From Hyphomicrobiaceae bacterium (lineage in GTDB: Bacteria > Pseudomonadota > Alphaproteobacteria > Rhizobiales > Hyphomicrobiaceae): a stretch of DNA of 64,000 bases. The position numbers were made by a program, and so were the translations under genes. Shown one piece after another: positions 58,641 to 64,000 of the stretch. The notes beneath the pieces were generated by a model. That model saw nothing but the letters and a program-made list of their open reading frames with translations, did not search any database and was not told the DNA's origin. The stretch covers positions 28,394-92,393 of the forward strand of contig JAWKWE010000008.1 of assembly GCA_041397645.1 (NCBI GenBank). The letters are read 5' to 3'. Positions within the stretch are counted from its first letter, which is position 1. Each line of letters starts with the position of its first letter.

Positions 58641-59423
58641 ATGGTTGATAGTCCAATCCAAGTCAGCGTCGATGAGGGTATTGCTACCGTTTTTATCAAT
58701 CGTCCTGAGCGCAAGAACGCTCTATCTGTGGCGGCCGCCAATGGACTGGCCGACGCGTGGGATCAGATCGAAGCGGATGCCAAGATCCGAGTGGTAATTC
58801 TAACCTCTGCCGATTGTGGCGTCTTCAGCGCAGGGCTTGACCTCAAGGAGGCGGCCGAGATCGCTCGCAATGAGCACGTCGATATCCTCTCCAAAATGCG
58901 CGATCCTTTCCACGAGCGCATGCGCGCCTGCTCGAAGCCGATCGTTGCCGCGATGACCGGCTCGCTCATGGCGGGAGGGATGATGCTGTCGCTCATGTGC
59001 GATCTGCGCGTGGGTCTCAAGAGAACCAAAGTCGGGATCACGGAGGTCAAGATCGGTCGCGGCTCGCCGTGGGCCGCTCCGGCCCTCTATATGCTCCCTC
59101 AGGCGATCCTTATGGAGATCGTTCTGACCGGCGATCTCATGCCAATTGAACGGCTGCACGATTACGGCTTCACCAATTATCTTGAAGATACACCCGACGC
59201 AGTGCGGTCTCGTGCGATGGATCTGGCACGACGGATTGCCGCCGGCGCGCCGTTGTCCGTAATTGCGGCCAAGGCCAGTGTTCGCGCGACAATGGATCTC
59301 GGATGCCGCGCCGGGCTGGTAGAAGGCGCTCGCCTTCACGAGGTCGTTTATGCCAGCCGAGACGCAATTGAAGGCCCCAGAGCTTTCGCCGAAAAGCGCA
59401 AGCCGGTCTGGCAGGGCAGGTAG
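58641..59423 (+). CDS. Enoyl-CoA hydratase/isomerase family protein (single catalytic Glu)
   Basis: NRPERKNAL, FSAGLDL, AGGMML (no first Glu), GITEVKIG and EGPRAFAEKRKPVW. Confidence 0.87.
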   Translation: MVDSPIQVSVDEGIATVFINRPERKNALSVAAANGLADAWDQIEADAKIRVVILTSADCGVFSAGLDLKEAAEIARNEHVDILSKMRDPFHERMRACSKPIVAAMTGSLMAGGMMLSLMCDLRVGLKRTKVGITEVKIGRGSPWAAPALYMLPQAILMEIVLTGDLMPIERLHDYGFTNYLEDTPDAVRSRAMDLARRIAAGAPLSVIAAKASVRATMDLGCRAGLVEGARLHEVVYASRDAIEGPRAFAEKRKPVWQGR

Positions 59424-59527
59424 GGCCGCCACGATCGAACGGCGCTGTCGGGAGTTCAGAACGCACGGTTTCAGCAACTCCGCGATGCGTGTTACTTTAT
59501 TTGTCAAGAATTAGGGGAGCGATCGCA

Positions 59528-60763
59528 GTGGGCAGTGTTGCGTTTGAGCTTCCCGAAGACGTCATTGAAGTGCGCGACGGCGTTCTGCGCTTCGTCGAGT
59601 CGCAGGTCGTTCCGCTGATTGACCGGAATCGCGCGCTTCTCGAAGATCAGCGGCGCCTGTATGACGAATACGGTCGATACTCGGCCGAAGTACGCAAGTT
59701 GATCCAAGAAGTCAGGATGCTTTCGGCCGAAGCCGGCTTCTATGCGATGTGCGCACCCGCGGAAATCGGAGGAGGGGGGCTGGGGCATCTGGCCTACTAC
59801 GTGGCCTGGGAGGCGATATATCGCCGACTCGGAGGACAGGGCGTCATCATTCCCTGGGTCATTGCTCATTGGGCCTTCGGTCCCAGCCGGTTACTCACCC
59901 AGGTCACGGAGGAGGCCCGCGAGAGATGTCTGGCGGGCATGATGGCTGGGAAGACATCGATGTGCTTTGGTCTTTCCGAGCCAGGGGCTGGCTCAGACGC
60001 CAGCATGATCAAGACGCGGGCTGGCAAGACCGGACCAGGCTGGAAAATCTCTGGCCGCAAGCTTTGGACAACAAACGCTCCCACCGCGGAATGGTGTGTC
60101 GTTTTCGCCATCACCGATGTCGAGAAAGCCGCGCGAAAGGCTGGAGGCATCAGCGCATTTCTCGTTCCAACCGATGCACGAGGATTCCATGTTGAGAGTG
60201 TAGTGCGCTTGTTTGGTCACGCCGGGGGTCACGAGGGCGCTCTCGTGCTTGAGGATGTCGATGTGCAGCCCTGGCAATTGGTCGGCGAGCTCGACGAGGG
60301 ATTTAAGATCGCACTTTATGGAGTCTCGCTGGGTCGGGTCTACAACGCTGCCCGTGCTGTCGGACAGGGAAGATGGGCGCTGGAAATGGCCATCGACTAT
60401 TCGAAGCAACGTGAGGCCTTCGGTGCCAAGATCGCGGAGTATCAAGCCGTCTCGTTCCCGATAGCCGAGGCAGCCACGGAATTGCATGCCGCGCACCTGA
60501 TGGGATTGAATGCAGCGATGCTCCTCGACCGCGGCGATAAGGCGCCGAAGGAGCTTTCAATGGCAAAGGCCTATTCGGTACAAGCCGGATTTCGCGCCGT
60601 GGATCGCGCAATTCAGACACACGGCGGCATGGGATTGACGAACGAAATCGGTCTTGTTCACGCTTGGCAAGACCTTCGGATCGTCAACATTGCCGACGGT
60701 ACGAATGAAATTCTGACGCGGATGATTGCCCAGCGGTTGTTGGCAGGCGACGTCGATCTCTAG
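59528..60763 (+). CDS. Acyl-CoA dehydrogenase
   Basis: AGGGGAG RBS then GTG; FGLSEPGAGSDA, GRKLWTTN, REAFGAKI and NIADGTNEI. Confidence 0.9.
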   Translation: MGSVAFELPEDVIEVRDGVLRFVESQVVPLIDRNRALLEDQRRLYDEYGRYSAEVRKLIQEVRMLSAEAGFYAMCAPAEIGGGGLGHLAYYVAWEAIYRRLGGQGVIIPWVIAHWAFGPSRLLTQVTEEARERCLAGMMAGKTSMCFGLSEPGAGSDASMIKTRAGKTGPGWKISGRKLWTTNAPTAEWCVVFAITDVEKAARKAGGISAFLVPTDARGFHVESVVRLFGHAGGHEGALVLEDVDVQPWQLVGELDEGFKIALYGVSLGRVYNAARAVGQGRWALEMAIDYSKQREAFGAKIAEYQAVSFPIAEAATELHAAHLMGLNAAMLLDRGDKAPKELSMAKAYSVQAGFRAVDRAIQTHGGMGLTNEIGLVHAWQDLRIVNIADGTNEILTRMIAQRLLAGDVDL

Positions 60764-60816
60764 GCCAGGGCGGAAGTTGACGACTTGTCCGCCGGCGGTT
60801 CCCGCGGCCAAACGGG

Positions 60817-61689
60817 TCAGGTGAACCGCAGTTGCACCTCCATGGCGATGGTCCCGCCCGGCGTCATTGCCCACAGCTCGGCGCCCGCGCCGCCGTCGAC
60901 GGGGCGTCCGGCGACGTCGAACGGCGTGGTATCGAACAAAGGTGCACGCGCGCGTTGCGTGAATGAGGCGATCGTCCTGCTCGCATTGTTGTCCCGGACG
61001 AGATCGATGAGGCATTGCTGCGAATAAGGGCCGTGCACCACCAGCCCGGGGTAACCCTCCACGGTTGTCGCGTAAGTCCGATCGTAGTGAATACGATGCG
61101 GGTTGAAGGTCACAGCAGAATAGCGGAACAGCGATACCGGTTCCGTTGTGATCTGCCGCGTCCACGGTAGGTCGGCGGGCGGCGTATCTCGCTTCGGTAT
61201 CCCGCTTTTCTCCCCCGGCTTCACGGCGTCGCGAAACACGGTGTAACTCTCCTCCACGATCGCGAGGCCGCGTGGCGAGAATATGCGCCGCGTTTGCGTG
61301 GCAAAGATGAGAGGGCCCGTACTGCCGGAACGCAACGTCATGTCTGTCAGTTCCGTCTCGCGCTTGAGCGCGTCCCCCACCAGCAGCGGATGATGAAACG
61401 TCAGGCTCGTGCCCGCGTACATGCGCCGCGGGAACGGCACATCGGGAATGACGCCCCCCGACGTTGGCAGGCCATCCTCGCCCAGCGTCGCCCTGCGCGC
61501 GAAGGAATGGAAATAGGCGAGGTGCCATCCCGGCGGAATCGCTTCGCCCCTGGTGGGTACCTGATCGTCTCGGTCGAATGCAGCCACGAGCCCGAAGAGC
61601 GGCGCTCGCGTGGCTTCGTCTTCTTCCACGATCTTCGCGCCTATGTGCTTGCGCAAACTGTCAATGTCGATTTCGGCAGCCATCGTCAT
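60817..61689 (-). CDS. Double-hotdog (R)-hydratase, mesaconyl-C4/itaconyl-CoA-hydratase-like
   Basis: PPGWHLAYF, GEDG, PRRMYAG, LFRYSAVTFNPHRIHYD, GYPGLVVHGP and RARAPLF. Confidence 0.85.
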   Translation of the reverse strand: MTMAAEIDIDSLRKHIGAKIVEEDEATRAPLFGLVAAFDRDDQVPTRGEAIPPGWHLAYFHSFARRATLGEDGLPTSGGVIPDVPFPRRMYAGTSLTFHHPLLVGDALKRETELTDMTLRSGSTGPLIFATQTRRIFSPRGLAIVEESYTVFRDAVKPGEKSGIPKRDTPPADLPWTRQITTEPVSLFRYSAVTFNPHRIHYDRTYATTVEGYPGLVVHGPYSQQCLIDLVRDNNASRTIASFTQRARAPLFDTTPFDVAGRPVDGGAGAELWAMTPGGTIAMEVQLRFT

Positions 61690-61713
61690 TCTCCCAGGCT
61701 GGGTGCAGGCATG

Positions 61714-62139
61714 TCAGCTCGCGGGCGCTGCAAGAACGAATCCGGGCAGTGTGAGGCCGGGTTTCGCTTTCTCGAAAACGAGGCGGACGGGCATGCCGAT
61801 CTCGAGCCGCGTGTCCGCCGGCGCATGCAGTCGCCCCAGCATGCGCACGCCTTCCTCCAGATCGACCGTCACCAGCGTGCAGGGCAGGTCGGACCTGTAA
61901 GCGTCGTGAAACGGATGATGCGTAATCGTCCAGCTGTGAATCGTACCTTGCTCTAATGCCTCGACCCACCGGGTTTCGAAGGAATGGCATGCATCGCATA
62001 CCGGCCGGGGATAATGCCGGACCTTTCCGCAGCCCGCGCATTGCTGAAGCAGCAACTTGCCTTCGTTGAGGCCCTCCCAATAGGGCATAGTGTCTGGTGT
62101 CGGTTCGGGCACGAGCCTCGAATATGTGTCGCCAATCAT
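61714..62139 (-). CDS. DUF35 Zn-ribbon/OB-fold protein
   Basis: PYWEGL, QQCAGC..HYPRPVCDAC, VDLEEGVRM and IGMPVRLVF. Confidence 0.9.
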   Translation of the reverse strand: MIGDTYSRLVPEPTPDTMPYWEGLNEGKLLLQQCAGCGKVRHYPRPVCDACHSFETRWVEALEQGTIHSWTITHHPFHDAYRSDLPCTLVTVDLEEGVRMLGRLHAPADTRLEIGMPVRLVFEKAKPGLTLPGFVLAAPAS

Positions 62140-62143
62140 ACTC

Positions 62144-63295
62144 TCAACCTCTCCTCATGATCGCGACCGACCCGTCGCCCATGTCGCCGTAACCGGAGAC
62201 GAGACCCAGTTCAGCGCCGTTTACTTGGGCTTTTCCGGCACTCCCCCTGAGCTGCTTTACGAGCTCGACCACATGATTCATCCCAACCATGTGCGCTTGG
62301 GACAGCAGACCGCCATGCGTGTTGACCGGGAGCCTGCCGCCAAGCCTTATGGCGCCGCTCTCGACAAACGGCCCGCCCTCGCCCTTCCTGCAGAAGCCGA
62401 TATCTTCCAGCTGGCAGAGCACGACATACGTGAAACAATCGTAGATCTCGGCCACTTGAATTTCCCGAGGCGTAACGCCCGCCATCGCAAACGCCTTGGG
62501 TGCGGCTTTGGCGATGCCCAAACGCGTCATGTCGGGACGCTGGGTGATCGAACTCGGAGAGTCGGGATGTCCTTCGGCGACGCCCATGATGAGGATCGGC
62601 TTCTGGCGCAAATCTCTGCTGCGCTCGGCAGCGCTGACGACGATTGCAGCACCGCCATCGCTCTCGAGACTGCAGTCCAGCAACCGCAGCGGATCGGAGA
62701 TCATGCGCGAATTCTGATGATCTTCGATCGTGACAGGCTTCGTCATCATCGCATTGCCGTTCAGGGCCGCGTTGTGGCGTGTCGACACGGCGATCTCGCC
62801 GAGTTGGCGGCTTGTCGTGCCGTAGAGCTCCATATGCCGCCGTGCCATCGGGGCGTAGAGCTGCGCCGGCGCGATTGCCCCGATTGGCATCTCGAATTCG
62901 CCGACAACCTTGAACTGCGGCATCTGCTGTACGCGTGTGCCGATACGGCCTGCAGACGAGCCGTTCCGTCCGATCGGCAGCAGGACATGATTGCAAAGAC
63001 CCGCACCGATCGCCAGGAGTGCGGCTTGAATTCCGGCCACGCAACTCGCGCCTCCGAGAGGCGTTGTGGCTGAAAAACGAAGATCCTCGATACCGAAGTT
63101 AGTCACGAAATCCTCGGCGACGACAGCTGAATTCGAATAGGGAATGATCCCGTCGATGTCTCTTGGCGACAATCCGGCGTCCTCGATGGCCTTCAGCGAG
63201 GCTTCGAGCTGGAGAGCGAGCACGCTTTTTCCGGAGTTGCGGCTGTAGGCCGTCTCGCCGACGCCGGTTATGGCGACCCGTTCCTTCAATACCAT
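62144..63295 (-). CDS. SCP2/Ltp2-type thiolase-fold protein
   Basis: AITGVGET, GGASC, PLRLLDCSLESDGG, IYDCFT and NTHGGLLSQAH; GAGGAG RBS before ATG 63295. Confidence 0.88.
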   Translation of the reverse strand: MVLKERVAITGVGETAYSRNSGKSVLALQLEASLKAIEDAGLSPRDIDGIIPYSNSAVVAEDFVTNFGIEDLRFSATTPLGGASCVAGIQAALLAIGAGLCNHVLLPIGRNGSSAGRIGTRVQQMPQFKVVGEFEMPIGAIAPAQLYAPMARRHMELYGTTSRQLGEIAVSTRHNAALNGNAMMTKPVTIEDHQNSRMISDPLRLLDCSLESDGGAAIVVSAAERSRDLRQKPILIMGVAEGHPDSPSSITQRPDMTRLGIAKAAPKAFAMAGVTPREIQVAEIYDCFTYVVLCQLEDIGFCRKGEGGPFVESGAIRLGGRLPVNTHGGLLSQAHMVGMNHVVELVKQLRGSAGKAQVNGAELGLVSGYGDMGDGSVAIMRRG

Positions 63296-63331
63296 CTGTA
63301 GTCTCCTCGAATGCACTGCGGGGCAGTTGTC

Positions 63332-63670
63332 CTAGCGACAGGCGAAGCTCGGTGCGATTCTATTCGCAAAAAGCTCCAGCGAGCCGAAATCCTGGCCGCG
63401 CTCGTGAATGCTTCGCGGAATGAGCCGGAAACACTCGTTCACCCGGAATACGCTTATAGCGGCGAACTCATTGGCGACCTCAAAGCCTGTCGATCTGCAG
63501 GTGGTGCTCGAGTATCCGAAACCGGTATAACCGGCTTGTTCAGCGACTTGGACGTACCCCGCGATCTCTTGCAACATGCGCTGATAGGGTTCGGGCCGCT
63601 TGCCGGCCATGCCAGCTTTGAGCTCCTGCGGCCGACCAATCGTGCAGTACATGCATAGATTGAAATCCAC
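63332..63670 (-). pseudogene. Internally deleted luciferase-like (LLM-class) flavin monooxygenase
   Basis: AAGGAG RBS and GTG; LLM N-terminus (MYCTIGR..AGMAG..YQRML..AEQAGY), hidden out-of-frame EHHLQID at 63509-63489, joined to a C-terminal SLELFANRIAPSF; only 112 codons. Confidence 0.7.
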
Positions 63671-63714
63671 GGAGCGAACTCCTTGACGCCGGTCGTGGGA
63701 AGTAACAATATGAA

Positions 63715-63730
63715 CCGAACAAACGTTAGA
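63715..63730. promoter_or_regulatory. Operator copy 7, CCGAAC-AAAC-GTTAGA
   Basis: Overlaps the -10 of minus-strand TTGACT (63751-63746)-N17-TAACGT (63728-63723), in the gap before a divergent ACAD. Confidence 0.78.
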
Positions 63731-63901
63731 ATTGTTGCGCCATGAAGTCAAATATCAGGCTATCGGCGGCCCGCACAGTCGTGAGTTGAGGCGTGGTCAG
63801 GATCGCCAGTTCTTGCGCGATGTAGATAAACGAGGAGCTAGGTTTGATGCAGCGGATCCCGCTGGCTTGGCACAAAGTAGCGCGCATGGAGGAGAACGCT
63901 C

Positions 63902-64000
63902 ATGGATTTGAGCTATGGTCCCAAATATCGAGCGCTGCAGCAGGAGGTTCGCGGCTTCGTGAAAAGCTACGGCCATTTGTCGCCGCGAACGGGCGGCGGC
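63902..64000 (+). CDS. Probable acyl-CoA dehydrogenase, N-terminus only (runs off the window)
   Basis: GGAGGAG RBS; MDLSYGPKYRALQQEVRGFV resembles the MDLxxxxExxAFRxEVRxF ACAD start. Confidence 0.6.
   Translation, partial: MDLSYGPKYRALQQEVRGFVKSYGHLSPRTGGG

Noticed and set aside
13350-63300. Impression of GC/GC3 mosaicism between modules (IS21, BVMO and thiolase blocks look more GC-rich)
   Set aside because: Cannot be quantified without computation; a sliding-window GC3 and codon-usage analysis would decide it.
1-64000. rRNA, tRNA, CRISPR array, prophage or integrase
   Set aside because: None recognised by eye; intergenic gaps are short and contain no regularly spaced repeats. An Infernal/tRNAscan run would be needed to exclude small RNAs.

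Overview
This 64-kb window is almost entirely one acyl-CoA catabolic island, probably from an alphaproteobacterium (inferred from protein families and promoter style). It encodes three divergent MCC-like biotin-dependent carboxylase modules, nine acyl-CoA dehydrogenases (one cut by the window end), seven CoA ligases, four crotonase-fold enzymes and four SDRs (one BadH-like). It also has FadH, an HMG-CoA-lyase-family enzyme, a Baeyer-Villiger monooxygenase, hotdog-fold hydratases/thioesterases, a Nudix hydrolase, an Ltp2-like thiolase-fold/DUF35 pair, and a Liv-type ABC importer with an embedded CoA ligase and two tandem binding proteins. An intact IS21 element (19969-22274, 5-bp CCGAC target duplication) interrupts one operon, and several decayed gene relics are present. 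The most striking unannotated signal is a 16-bp pseudo-palindrome, consensus TCTAAC-N4-GTT(A/C/T)G(A/G). It occurs seven times, always intergenic, at every promoter region visible in the window and overlapping sigma70-like elements. One copy lies next to a gene for an unusual single-chain double TetR repressor. Together these suggest one previously undescribed regulon for beta-blocked (branched or alicyclic, naphthenic-acid/isoprenoid-like) carboxylic acids; the substrate is inference only. No rRNA, tRNA or CRISPR array was seen.
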